Shown one piece after another: positions 19,440 to 28,633 of a stretch of DNA of 64,000 nt. Source of the stretch: Vicinamibacteria bacterium (GTDB lineage Bacteria; Acidobacteriota; Vicinamibacteria; Marinacidobacterales; Marinacidobacteraceae); NCBI GenBank assembly GCA_965199715.1, contig CBDATA010000001.1:64001-128000 (forward strand), read 5' to 3'. The notes beneath the pieces are model-generated. The model did no database searches, was not told the DNA's origin, and was given only the letters and a program-made list of their open reading frames with translations. Numbering within the stretch: position 1 is the first letter of the stretch; each line of letters begins with the position of its first letter. A program made the translations under genes and the position numbers.

Positions 19440-20540
19440 ATGAGCGAGAACGCGACTTCCGCCGAGTTCCTCGAGGAATCGCTGCGGGCGGCCGAGAAGC
19501 GGCTCCGGGAACTGACCGAAACGCTCCAGGATCCCGAAGTCGTGACCGATCGGGAGCGGCTTCGGAAGGCGTCGTCCGCGCACGCCGAACTCGCGCCGCT
19601 CGGGAGGGCCGCCGCCCGCCGGCGCGGTCTGCGCGAGCGGATGGAAGCGGCCCGGGCGATGATGGCCGATCCGGATCGGGAGCTGCGGGAGCTCGCCGGA
19701 GAGGACTTCGAGGAGGCGGCGGGCGCGCTCAAGAGCGTCGAGGCGGAGATCCGCCGGCTGCTGCTCCCCCGCGACCCCAACGACGAACGCAACGTGCTCC
19801 TCGAAGTGCGCGCCGGCACGGGCGGCGAGGAGGCGGCGCTGTTCGCCGGCGACGTGTTCCGGATGTACGAGCAGTACAGCCGGAGCCTCGGCTACCGGGT
19901 GGACGTGGTCTCGCGCCAGGACTCGCAGGCCGGCGGGGTGCGCGAGGTCGTCGCGGTGGTCGAGGGGCGCGGCGCCTTCAGCCAGCTCAAGTACGAAAGC
20001 GGCGTGCACCGGGTGCAGCGGGTTCCGGCGACCGAGGCGTCGGGCCGCATCCACACGTCGGCGGTCACCGTCGCGGTGCTGCCCGAAGCCGAGGACGTGG
20101 AAGTCCGGATCGAGCCGAAGGACCTGCGCATCGACACCTTCTGCTCGTCGGGACCCGGCGGCCAGAGCGTGAACACCACCTACTCGGCGGTGCGGATCAC
20201 CCACATCCCGACGGGCCTCGCGGTGAGCTGCCAGGACGAGAAGTCGCAGATCAAGAACAAGGCCAAGGCGCTGCGGGTGCTGAAGTCGCGCCTGCTGGAC
20301 GTCGCCGCCCGCGAACAGGCGCAGGCGATGGCCGAGGCGCGCCGCGGCCAGGTCGGCCGGGGCGACCGGAGCGAGAAGATCCGGACCTACAACTTCAAGG
20401 AGAACCGGGTCACCGACCACCGGATCCCGCTGACGCTGCACGCGCTTCCGGCGGTGCTCGCGGGCGGTCTGGAGGCGCTCGTGGTTCCGCTGCGCAGTTT
20501 CGAGCAGGCGGAGCAGCTTCGCGCCCAGTCCGGCGCTTGA
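19440..20540 (+). CDS. prfA: Peptide chain release factor 1
   Basis: EVRAGTGGEEAALF, ESGVHRVQRVPAT (PxT), GPGGQ, RSEKIRTYNF. Confidence 0.96.
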   Translation: MSENATSAEFLEESLRAAEKRLRELTETLQDPEVVTDRERLRKASSAHAELAPLGRAAARRRGLRERMEAARAMMADPDRELRELAGEDFEEAAGALKSVEAEIRRLLLPRDPNDERNVLLEVRAGTGGEEAALFAGDVFRMYEQYSRSLGYRVDVVSRQDSQAGGVREVVAVVEGRGAFSQLKYESGVHRVQRVPATEASGRIHTSAVTVAVLPEAEDVEVRIEPKDLRIDTFCSSGPGGQSVNTTYSAVRITHIPTGLAVSCQDEKSQIKNKAKALRVLKSRLLDVAAREQAQAMAEARRGQVGRGDRSEKIRTYNFKENRVTDHRIPLTLHALPAVLAGGLEALVVPLRSFEQAEQLRAQSGA

Positions 20541-21331
20541 CCGTCTGGGAGGCGCTGCGGGCGACCCGGCTCCCGCTCGCCGAAGCCGAGCTGCTGCTCG
20601 GGCGCGTGACCGGCTGGACCGCCGCGGAGCGCATCGTCCGCCGGGGGGACGCGCTCGCGGTGGCGCAGCGGCGGGCACTCGGTCGGCTGGCCCGAGCGCG
20701 CGCCCGGGGAACGCCGATCCAGCACCTCACCGGCGCGCAGGAGTTCTTCGGGGTCCCACTGGCCGCCGGGCCGGAGGCGCTGATTCCCCGCGCGGACACC
20801 GAGACGCTGGTCGAAGCCGCGCTGGAGCGGCTCGACGGCCCCGGCCTCGCGGCCGACGTCGGGTGCGGCGGCGGGGCGGTCGCAATCGCGCTCGCCGAAC
20901 GCTCCGAAGCGTGCGTCCTCGCGGTTGAGACGGCGCCCCGCGCGCTGCGGCTGGCCCGCGAGAACGTCCGGAACCGGCGCGTCCTTCTCGTCGCGGGCGA
21001 CCTTCTGACCGCCGTCCGCCCGGCGACCCTCGACCTCGTCGCCGCGAACCTTCCCTACGTCCCCAGCGCACGGATCGCCGGGCTTCCGGCGGAGATTCGC
21101 GACCGCGAGCCGCGAAACGCGCTCGACGGCGGCCCCGACGGGCTGCGCCCGCTCGCCCGGCTCGCGCCGCTCGCGTTGGGGGCGCTGAAGCCCGGCCGCC
21201 CGCTCCTCGCCGAGATCGGCGCCGGACAGGCCGCGGCCGCGGCGGAGATCCTCGGCGAGGCCGGGTTCCAGGACGTCGTCTCCCGGCCCGACATCGCCGG
21301 AATCCCCCGGGTGGTCGCCGGAGTCAGTTGA
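20537..21331 (+). CDS. prmC: Release factor glutamine methyltransferase
   Basis: LIPRADTE, DVGCGGG, NLPY (NPPY variant), EP..ALDGGPDGL, EIG; follows prfA. Confidence 0.9.
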   Translation: MTVWEALRATRLPLAEAELLLGRVTGWTAAERIVRRGDALAVAQRRALGRLARARARGTPIQHLTGAQEFFGVPLAAGPEALIPRADTETLVEAALERLDGPGLAADVGCGGGAVAIALAERSEACVLAVETAPRALRLARENVRNRRVLLVAGDLLTAVRPATLDLVAANLPYVPSARIAGLPAEIRDREPRNALDGGPDGLRPLARLAPLALGALKPGRPLLAEIGAGQAAAAAEILGEAGFQDVVSRPDIAGIPRVVAGVS

Positions 21332-22556
21332 CCCAGCCGGCGCTGAGTCCCTCCCGGTCGATCATCGCTCCGCGCAGGTACACCGACTCGATCCGGCGGG
21401 TGTTCCGGATGTCGTCGAGCGGGTTCCCGGTCAGCACGATGAAGTCGGCGCTCATCCCTTCGGCGAGCGATCCCGCGTCCTCGATCCCGAGGAATTCGGC
21501 CGCGGCGCTCGTCGCGGCCACGATCACCTCGTGCTCGGAAAGGCCCGACGCAGCCATGTCCGCCATTTCGAAGTGCGGGCGGAAGGCACCGTTTCCGTCG
21601 GTCCCGAGCGCGACCTTCATCCCCGCCCGATGGAGGCGGTTCAGGTTCCGCGCCTCGATCTCGAACGGCTCATGGCGCTCCGGACGGCGCGCGTAGGTCA
21701 TGCGCAGATCCTCGAGCGCGTCCCCCGGGATCGTGCCCGAAAGCCAGTCCACGTCCTCGAGCATGCCGCGCGCCCCCATGTTCGGGATGAGCCAGACGTC
21801 CGGGCGCGCCGCGACCATCTCGACGAACTCGTCGTCCACGTCCATGTCGCGCACGCCGTGGGCGAAGGCGTCCACGCCGGCCTCGAGCAGGCCCTTGGCG
21901 TCCTCGAGGGCGAAGATGTGGGCGGCGACGCGCAGCCCGTGGGCGTGCGCCTCCTCGATGATCGGGCCGTAGAGGTCCGGCGTCAGCTTGGGATACTGGC
22001 CGTTGCGGTCGTCCACCCAGATCTTGACGATGTCCACGCCGGCCTCGGCGAGCTCGCGGACCGCCTCCACGCCCTCTTCGGCCTCGTCGATCCAGTAGGG
22101 AACCTCGCTGCGCCCCGGCTCGGGCCGGGTGATGCCGCGTCCGGCGGTGAACGAGCGGCCCACCCCCGGGATCGTCTCGTTCCGCAGCTCGAAGGCGGCG
22201 GGGTCGTCGTCGTGGCCGAGGCTGAGCGCCGCGCTCACGCCGTAGTAGGCGCGCCGCCGCATGTCCTCGATGCGCTCCTCCCGCGTCGGGGTGAGGTGGA
22301 CGTGCGTATCGATGATCATGGGCATCAGGGTGCGCCCGTAGAGCTCGAACCGGGTGGCGTCCCGCGGCACGTCCACCGCGCCGAGCGCGCCAACCGCCGT
22401 GATCCGGTCCCGCTCCACGATCATGACCCCGCTCTCAATGGGGTCGCTACCGTCTCCCGGCACGATGCGCGGACCAAGGAACGCGATCAGATCCTCGCGC
22501 GGCGGCGAACATGCAGCCGCAAGGAGCACGAGCAGGAGCGTCAGGCGTCGGGTCAT
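21324..22556 (-). CDS. Metal-dependent amidohydrolase family lipoprotein
   Basis: LAAAC lipobox, DTHVH, VKIWVD, AAH, FAH, GTD, ADFIVL.GNPLDDIRNTRRI. Confidence 0.87.
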   Translation of the reverse strand: MTRRLTLLLVLLAAACSPPREDLIAFLGPRIVPGDGSDPIESGVMIVERDRITAVGALGAVDVPRDATRFELYGRTLMPMIIDTHVHLTPTREERIEDMRRRAYYGVSAALSLGHDDDPAAFELRNETIPGVGRSFTAGRGITRPEPGRSEVPYWIDEAEEGVEAVRELAEAGVDIVKIWVDDRNGQYPKLTPDLYGPIIEEAHAHGLRVAAHIFALEDAKGLLEAGVDAFAHGVRDMDVDDEFVEMVAARPDVWLIPNMGARGMLEDVDWLSGTIPGDALEDLRMTYARRPERHEPFEIEARNLNRLHRAGMKVALGTDGNGAFRPHFEMADMAASGLSEHEVIVAATSAAAEFLGIEDAGSLAEGMSADFIVLTGNPLDDIRNTRRIESVYLRGAMIDREGLSAGWVN

Positions 22557-22615
22557 GGGAACCTCCCCGGTAACAGCCGTCCGCCCATTGTGCAACACCC
22601 GGTAGGATCGCGTCG

Positions 22616-24082
22616 ATGATCTACGTCGTGGCGGTGGGGGCGTACCTCGCGCTGCTGGTCGTCCTCGCGCTGTCCCGATCCGGACGAGCCCGGACGCAGG
22701 AACAGTTCATGGTGGCCGGGCGGGCGGTTCCATGGCAGGTGCTGGTCGGGACGCTCGTGTGCACGTGGATCGGGTCGGGCAGCCTCTTCGGCGGCGCCGG
22801 ACGAGCGTTCCGCGAGGGCTTCTCCGCCCTGTGGATGAGCGCCGGGGCGTGGGTGGGCATCGCGGTGGTGTTCTTCCTCGCCGCCCGCGTCCGCCGGATT
22901 TCCGACTACACCGTGCCCGACCTGCTCGAGCGGCGCTACCACCCGGCGGCCCGCGTGCTCGGTTCCATCGCCATCGCTACCGCCTACATGACGATCGCCG
23001 GCTACCAATTCGTCGGCGGCGGACGGCTGCTCGCGATCCTGTTCCCCGGCCTCGATCCCGACGTCGGCAAGCTGGGCGTCGCGGCGCTCGTGACGCTGTT
23101 CGCGGTGACCGCCGGGATGGTGTCCGTGATCCGGCTGGACGTCGTGAACGGCGCGCTCATCATCGTCGCGATCCTCGTGGCGGCGCCGCTCGCGCTCTCG
23201 CAGGCCGGCGGCTTCGAGGGCGTGGTCGCGGCGCTTCCCGAGACCCACTTCACCCTCACTGGGCGACTCGGAATCGCCGCGGCGCTCGGCCTCTTCCTCC
23301 CGACGATGCTGCTGCTCCTCGGCGAGGGCGGCATGTACCAGAAGTTCTTCGCCGCCCGCGACGGGTCGGCGGCGCGCAAGGCGGTTCTCGGAATGATCGT
23401 CGGGGTCATCCTGATCGAGGTGCTCATCGACGCGACGGCGGTGTTCGCCGCCGCGGGCCATTGGGACGACCCGGCGTACCGGACGGCGGACGGGTTCGTG
23501 ACCGGCGCCACCGAGACGGTGCTGCTGGCGTTCGCGCGCGACGGCTTGCCCGTGTTCGCCGGGTGCCTGCTGCTCGCCGGAGCGGTCGCGATCATCTTCT
23601 CGACCGCGACCACGTTCCTTCTGGTCCCCTCGACGAGCCTCGCCCGCGACATCTACCAGCGCTTCGTGAACCCCGACGCGAGCGACTCCCTGATGATCCG
23701 GGTCCAGCGCCTCGCCATGGTCGGCCTCGCCGGCGCCGCGTTCGTCATCACGACGTGGTTCCGGAGCATCCTCGACATGGCGCTGTACGCCTACACCATG
23801 GTCGGCGCGGCGGTGACGCCGACGCTGCTCGCGGCGTTCCTCTGGCGGCGCGCCACGCCGGCGGGAGGGGTCGCCTCGATCGCCGCCGGGATCGGCACGA
23901 CCCTCGTGTTCGGGGCGCTCGCGACCGCCGGCGTGGAGCAGGTCTGGTTCCTCCCCACCGACTACGACTACGTGATCTACCCGGCCGGGCTCGCCTCGCT
24001 CACCGGACTCGTCGCCGGAAGCCTCCTCACGCCGCCACCCGATCCGAAACAGGTCGCCCCGTTCCTGGCGCGAGATGCCTGA
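22616..24082 (+). CDS. Sodium:solute symporter family protein
   Basis: FMVAGR, TWIGSGS, YTVPDLLERRY, YQKFFAA, many TM helices. Confidence 0.9.
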   Translation: MIYVVAVGAYLALLVVLALSRSGRARTQEQFMVAGRAVPWQVLVGTLVCTWIGSGSLFGGAGRAFREGFSALWMSAGAWVGIAVVFFLAARVRRISDYTVPDLLERRYHPAARVLGSIAIATAYMTIAGYQFVGGGRLLAILFPGLDPDVGKLGVAALVTLFAVTAGMVSVIRLDVVNGALIIVAILVAAPLALSQAGGFEGVVAALPETHFTLTGRLGIAAALGLFLPTMLLLLGEGGMYQKFFAARDGSAARKAVLGMIVGVILIEVLIDATAVFAAAGHWDDPAYRTADGFVTGATETVLLAFARDGLPVFAGCLLLAGAVAIIFSTATTFLLVPSTSLARDIYQRFVNPDASDSLMIRVQRLAMVGLAGAAFVITTWFRSILDMALYAYTMVGAAVTPTLLAAFLWRRATPAGGVASIAAGIGTTLVFGALATAGVEQVWFLPTDYDYVIYPAGLASLTGLVAGSLLTPPPDPKQVAPFLARDA

Positions 24083-24851
24083 AGCCGCAGTCCGGGCGTT
24101 CGCCGACGGTCCGGCGGCGCGGATCGAGATGGCCTGGCCGGAGAAGCGGAACGCGCTCTCGGCCCCGATGATGGATCGTCTCGTCGGGGCGATCCGGGAG
24201 GCCGACCGCGACCCGGCGGCGCGGGCCATCGTGCTGGCTTCCACCGGAAAGGCGTTTTCCGCCGGGCACGACCTCCGGGAGCTGCGTGAACAGGATCTCG
24301 ACGGAGCGCGGGCGATCTTCGCCGCCTGCCACGAGTTGATGGCGGCGATCCGGCAATCGGACACGCCGGTCATCGCCGAAGTCCGCGGCGTGGCCACCGC
24401 CGCCGGTTGTCAATTGGTCGCGACCGCCGACCTCGCGGTCGCCTCCGATCAGGCCCGCTTCGCGACTCCGGGGGTGCGGATCGGACTGTTCTGCTCGACG
24501 CCGATGGTCGCGCTCAGCCGGGTGGTCCCGCAGAAGGCGGCGATGGAGATGCTCCTCACCGGCGACTTCGTGGACGCTCCCACCGCGCTTCGCTGGGGCC
24601 TCGTGAACCGGGTCGTCCCGGAGTCCGACCTGCGGCGTACCACGAACCAGCTCGTGGAGAAGATCGCGGCCTCAAGCCCGCGAGTCGTCGCGCTCGGGAA
24701 AGCGGCCTTCCGCCGCCAGCGCGAAATGCCGGTCGAGGACGCCTCGCGGGCCATGTCCGAAGTGATGAGCCGCAACACGGTCGGCCCGGACGCTCGCGAA
24801 GGCATGGCGGCGTTCCTCGAGAAGCGCCGCCCGGAATGGCCGTTGCAATAG
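24075..24851 (+). CDS. Enoyl-CoA hydratase/isomerase (ECHDC3-like)
   Basis: FSAGHDLRE, ATAAGCQLVA, FATPGVRIGLFCSTP, EMLLTG. Confidence 0.9.
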   Translation: MPEAAVRAFADGPAARIEMAWPEKRNALSAPMMDRLVGAIREADRDPAARAIVLASTGKAFSAGHDLRELREQDLDGARAIFAACHELMAAIRQSDTPVIAEVRGVATAAGCQLVATADLAVASDQARFATPGVRIGLFCSTPMVALSRVVPQKAAMEMLLTGDFVDAPTALRWGLVNRVVPESDLRRTTNQLVEKIAASSPRVVALGKAAFRRQREMPVEDASRAMSEVMSRNTVGPDAREGMAAFLEKRRPEWPLQ

Positions 24852-24960
24852 GGGCGGCTTGATCGCCGTCGGGCTCTTCCTCCTCGTGAGTCCGGCGCTC
24901 GGCCCGCTGCTTTACTGGCTCGTGGGAGGACTGGATCCAATACGGGCGCAAGTGCCCGGT

Positions 24961-25785
24961 TCAGGCGCGGCGCACCAGCCGGTACGCGGCCTCGCCGCCG
25001 CCCTCGTGGAACCCACGCGCCTCGTAACCCGACGCCAGAAGACGTTGGAAGGCGTGCCGGGTCTTGAGCCGCCAGTCGTGGGCCAGCCCGGCGTCGTCCC
25101 GGATCATCGCGGTGAAGTCCGTGGGAATGCCGAGCAGCACCTCCGGGGCGTCCGGAATCTCACCCATCGGGCCGCACTCCGGGTAATCGCCGCGCCTCGG
25201 AAGGAGCGCATGCACGTGCGGCAGCTCGGGGACGCCCGGGGGCGGCTTGAGCTCCCCGCGCCGCGCCCGCGCCACGCGGTCCGACTTGAGGAACCAGTCC
25301 GGCTCCAGCCGGTCCGTGGGGATCCCGCCGTGGAGCGGACTCTGGCTCTCGCCATAGACGTTCTCGCGATAGATCGATGCGACCGCGCCGAGGCGGTTGA
25401 GGTTCAGGTTCGCGTTCCGCGCCTGGAGCGGGTCGAACGTCCAGTTGACGTGGTCGAGTCCCTGCGCCAGCACCCGGTCCGCCTGCGTCCACTTGAGCGC
25501 GATCCCGATGTTCCGGCCCCGGAACTCGGGGCGCACCGCCAGCATGTGCGAGTGGTGGAGCGGCTTCCCGTCCACGAACCCCGGGAAGCTGACCACGAAG
25601 CCCGCCATCCGGTCCTCGACGAACGCCCCCGCGGAGGCCGCGCCGTAGTGGCCCATGACGGCCAGCAGACCGGCGGGGACGATGTCCAGATCCACGAATC
25701 CCCAGACCTCGCGCTCGATCGCCTCGCACTCCCGCATGTCCTCCATCCCATTCAGGTCGCGAATGCTGAAGCCCGCCGGAGCCAT
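24961..25785 (-). CDS. GNAT family acyltransferase (type often linked to N-succinylamino acid racemase)
   Basis: HSHMLAV, IG..LKW.Q, WTFDPLQARNANLNLNRLG, NVYG, PTDRL..DW. Confidence 0.85.
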   Translation of the reverse strand: MAPAGFSIRDLNGMEDMRECEAIEREVWGFVDLDIVPAGLLAVMGHYGAASAGAFVEDRMAGFVVSFPGFVDGKPLHHSHMLAVRPEFRGRNIGIALKWTQADRVLAQGLDHVNWTFDPLQARNANLNLNRLGAVASIYRENVYGESQSPLHGGIPTDRLEPDWFLKSDRVARARRGELKPPPGVPELPHVHALLPRRGDYPECGPMGEIPDAPEVLLGIPTDFTAMIRDDAGLAHDWRLKTRHAFQRLLASGYEARGFHEGGGEAAYRLVRRA

Positions 25786-25836
25786 GGGGAAACGGCCCGA
25801 ATTCTACGGGCTCCCGGCTAGGATTCCCGTAAGCCG

Positions 25837-26322
25837 TTGCGCCTGTTCCGTCCTCATCTAATCGCGCTGTTCGCCGGGACGCTGTTCCTCGACCAGCTCA
25901 CCAAGGCGCTCGCGGTCGCCCGCCTCGTTCCCGGCGATCCGCTGGTCGTGATTCCGGGGTTCCTCCAGCTCGCGCTGTCGCGGAACCGGGGCATGGTCTT
26001 CGGCTTCCTCTCCGGGACCGACTTCCCGGGGAAGGAGTGGGTCCTCGCCGGGGTGGCGATCGCTTCGCTCTTCCTGATCTGCTGGCTGATCGCCCGGGAA
26101 CCCGACGCGGGGCCGCTGACGACGATCCCGCTCGCCGGAATCGTCGCCGGGGGGATCGGCAACGTGGTGGACCGGGTGCGGTTCGGCAGCGTGGTGGACT
26201 TCATCGACGTCCACGCCGGCGACTGGCACTGGCCCACGTTCAACGTCGCCGACTCGGCGATCACCGTGGGCATCCTCGTGATGTTCCTCGGCTTCCTGCG
26301 CGACGGGCGCAAGCGGGACTGA
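25837..26322 (+). CDS. lspA: Lipoprotein signal peptidase II
   Basis: DQLTK, NRG..FG, GGIGNVVDR...GSVVDF, WPTFNVADSAI. Confidence 0.95.
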   Translation: MRLFRPHLIALFAGTLFLDQLTKALAVARLVPGDPLVVIPGFLQLALSRNRGMVFGFLSGTDFPGKEWVLAGVAIASLFLICWLIAREPDAGPLTTIPLAGIVAGGIGNVVDRVRFGSVVDFIDVHAGDWHWPTFNVADSAITVGILVMFLGFLRDGRKRD

Positions 26323-26325
26323 CGC

Positions 26326-27117
26326 ATGTTCCCCCGCATCGTCGAATTCGGCGCGATCGAACTGTTCGGGCGAACGTTCGAGCCGGCGCTCAACACCTAC
26401 GGACTGCTGGTGGCGCTCGGTTTCCTCGCCGGGCTCTGGCTCGCCGGCAAGCGCGCCCACCTCTACGGCGTTCAGACGAAGGACGTGTACGACCTCGGCA
26501 TCTGGCTCATCGTGGGCGCGTTCGTCGGGGCCAAGATTCTCCTCATCCTCGTGGACCCGGAGGGGTTCCTCCGGAATCCGGCCGGCATCATCCGCTCGTT
26601 CGGCGTCTTTTTCGGCGGCTTCCTCGGGGCCGTCGTGGGAGCGATCTGGTTCTATGCGCGCCGTCGTATCAACGTCTTCGACGGGGGCGATCTCCTCGCT
26701 CCGTCGATCGCGCTCGGTCACGGCGTCGGCAGGCTCGGCTGCTTCGCCGCCGGGTGCTGCTACGGCCTGCCTCACGACGGGCCGGTCGCGGTCACGTTCA
26801 GCGATGTGCAGGCGAACGCCTTCACCGGCGTGCCGCTCGGAGTCGCACTCCACCCTACCCAGCTCTACGAGGCGGGCGTGGAGTTCGCGCTCGCCGGATT
26901 CCTCCTCTGGCTCGCGCCCCGGCGCAAGTTCAGGGGGCAGCTCTTCTTTACGTGGCTGGCGCTCTACGCGACGCTTCGATTCCTGCTCGAGTTCCTCCGG
27001 GGCGATCCCCGCGGCTTCGTGCTCGACGGGCTTTTCTCGACCTCCCAATTCCTGAGTCTCCTGCTTCTCCCGGCGGCGGTGATCCTGCTGCTGGCGCTGA
27101 GGCGGCGCCACGCCTGA
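26326..27117 (+). CDS. lgt: Prolipoprotein diacylglyceryl transferase
   Basis: YG, FFGG, GRLGCF.AGCCYG, HPTQLYE, RFLLEFLRGD, SQ. Confidence 0.93.
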   Translation: MFPRIVEFGAIELFGRTFEPALNTYGLLVALGFLAGLWLAGKRAHLYGVQTKDVYDLGIWLIVGAFVGAKILLILVDPEGFLRNPAGIIRSFGVFFGGFLGAVVGAIWFYARRRINVFDGGDLLAPSIALGHGVGRLGCFAAGCCYGLPHDGPVAVTFSDVQANAFTGVPLGVALHPTQLYEAGVEFALAGFLLWLAPRRKFRGQLFFTWLALYATLRFLLEFLRGDPRGFVLDGLFSTSQFLSLLLLPAAVILLLALRRRHA

Positions 27118-28096
27118 ACCGCCCGTTCCCGGCGCGGAACGAGAGTTCCGGGCGAGAGCCGAGGACGACGGCGTTCGGCTGGACCAAGCGGCGCTGCAGC
27201 GCCTCGAGGCGGTCACCCGCAGCGAGGTGGCCCGCTGGATCCGCGACGGCCGGGTGCTCGTGGACGGGAGACCCCGGCGGGCGAGCCATCGATGCCGGCC
27301 GGGCGAGCGCGTCCTGATTCGGGTTCCCGAAGTCTTCGGACCGATCGGGGAGGACGAACCGCCGGCGTCCGAGGCCATCCCGCTCCGAGTGCTCCGTGTG
27401 GACCCCTATCTTGTCGTCGTCGAGAAACCGGCCGGCCTCGTCACCCATCCGGGACCCGGCCACCGGAACGGAACGGTCGTGAACGCGCTCCTCCACCAGT
27501 TCCCCGAGATGCGCCGCGTGGGGCCGCCGGGCCGACCCGGAATCGTCCACCGGCTCGACCGAGGAACGTCCGGTGTCCTTCTCGCCGCCCGCACTGCGGC
27601 GGCGCACGCGGGACTCACCCGCGCCTTCGCCGAGCGCGAGGTCGAAAAGCGCTATCTGGCGCTCGTGCTCGGCCGATTCGAGGGCGAGCGGGTTATGGAC
27701 GCGCCGATCGGGCGCGATCCGAGGCGTCCGCAGCTCTTCCAGTGCGGCGGACGCGGGGCGCGGGAGGCGCGGACCACCGTGCGAGCGGTCGAGCCGCTCC
27801 CGCTCTCCACGCTGGTCGAGCTGGATCTCCACACCGGGCGTACCCATCAGGCGCGGGTGCACCTGGCGGGAGCCGGACACCCGGTCGCCGGAGACGCAGC
27901 CTACGGCCCGGGAGCGCCCCGGCGAGGCGGCGGACGCGCCGGGGCCATCCTCCGCCGGCTCGAGCGCCCGGCGCTCCACGCGCTGCGGATCTGCTTCCGC
28001 CACCCGGTGACCCGCCGCCGGGTCGAGGTGGAAGCGCCGCCGCCCGCGGACTTCGCGGCGGCCGTAACGGGGCTGCGGAACGCCGGGCTGACATAG
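27110..28096 (+). CDS. rluD: RluD-family 23S rRNA pseudouridine synthase; probable ACG start
   Basis: S4 domain GVRLDQ...TRS...IRDGRVLVDG begins upstream of first canonical start (GTG 27227); KPAGLVTHP, GIVHRLDRGTSG, TGRTHQ. Confidence 0.88.
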   Translation, partial: TPEPPVPGAEREFRARAEDDGVRLDQAALQRLEAVTRSEVARWIRDGRVLVDGRPRRASHRCRPGERVLIRVPEVFGPIGEDEPPASEAIPLRVLRVDPYLVVVEKPAGLVTHPGPGHRNGTVVNALLHQFPEMRRVGPPGRPGIVHRLDRGTSGVLLAARTAAAHAGLTRAFAEREVEKRYLALVLGRFEGERVMDAPIGRDPRRPQLFQCGGRGAREARTTVRAVEPLPLSTLVELDLHTGRTHQARVHLAGAGHPVAGDAAYGPGAPRRGGGRAGAILRRLERPALHALRICFRHPVTRRRVEVEAPPPADFAAAVTGLRNAGLT

Positions 28097-28108
28097 GATT
28101 CGCGCCCG

Positions 28109-28633
28109 ATGGACGGGCCGAGATTCGGCAGCGCGGAGCTCGAGTCCGCGCTTGACGCGATCGCCGACCGGATTCGTGCTTCCGGCCGCACCCCTCTCGC
28201 CATTCTGGGGATCCGGAAGCGCGGGGTTCCGCTCGCAGCCCGGCTGCGAGCGCGCCTTGAGCGGCGGGGGCTCGGCGAGATCCCGATGGGCGAGCTGGAC
28301 ATCAACCTGTACCGGGACGACATCTACGACCGGGGCGTGCCGCGGGTCCGGAAGACGAACATCCCGTTCCCGCTGGAGCGCTTCCACGTGCTCCTTGTGG
28401 ACGATGTGCTCCACACCGGAAGGACCATCCGGGCGGCGCTGACCGCGCTCACGAGCTTCGGCCGATCCCGGAGCGTGATGCTCGCCGCGCTCGTGGATCG
28501 AGGCGGCCGGGAGCTGCCGATCGCGGCGGACTTCGTGGGGCTCAGAGTGGAGGCGGCCCCGGGCGAACTCGTGCGCGTGCTCGTCGTTGAGGAGGACGGC
28601 GAGGACGGCGCCCGGATCCTCCCGCGCCCATGA
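28109..28633 (+). CDS. pyrR: Pyrimidine operon regulator / uracil phosphoribosyltransferase
   Basis: GIRKRGVPLA, LDINLYRDD, LVDDVLHTGRTIRAAL, DRGGRELPI.ADFVG. Confidence 0.93.
   Translation: MDGPRFGSAELESALDAIADRIRASGRTPLAILGIRKRGVPLAARLRARLERRGLGEIPMGELDINLYRDDIYDRGVPRVRKTNIPFPLERFHVLLVDDVLHTGRTIRAALTALTSFGRSRSVMLAALVDRGGRELPIAADFVGLRVEAAPGELVRVLVVEEDGEDGARILPRP

Noticed and set aside
21046-21060. PrmC NLPY instead of NPPY
   Set aside because: A variant seen in other PrmC proteins; the gene is otherwise normal and syntenic with prfA.
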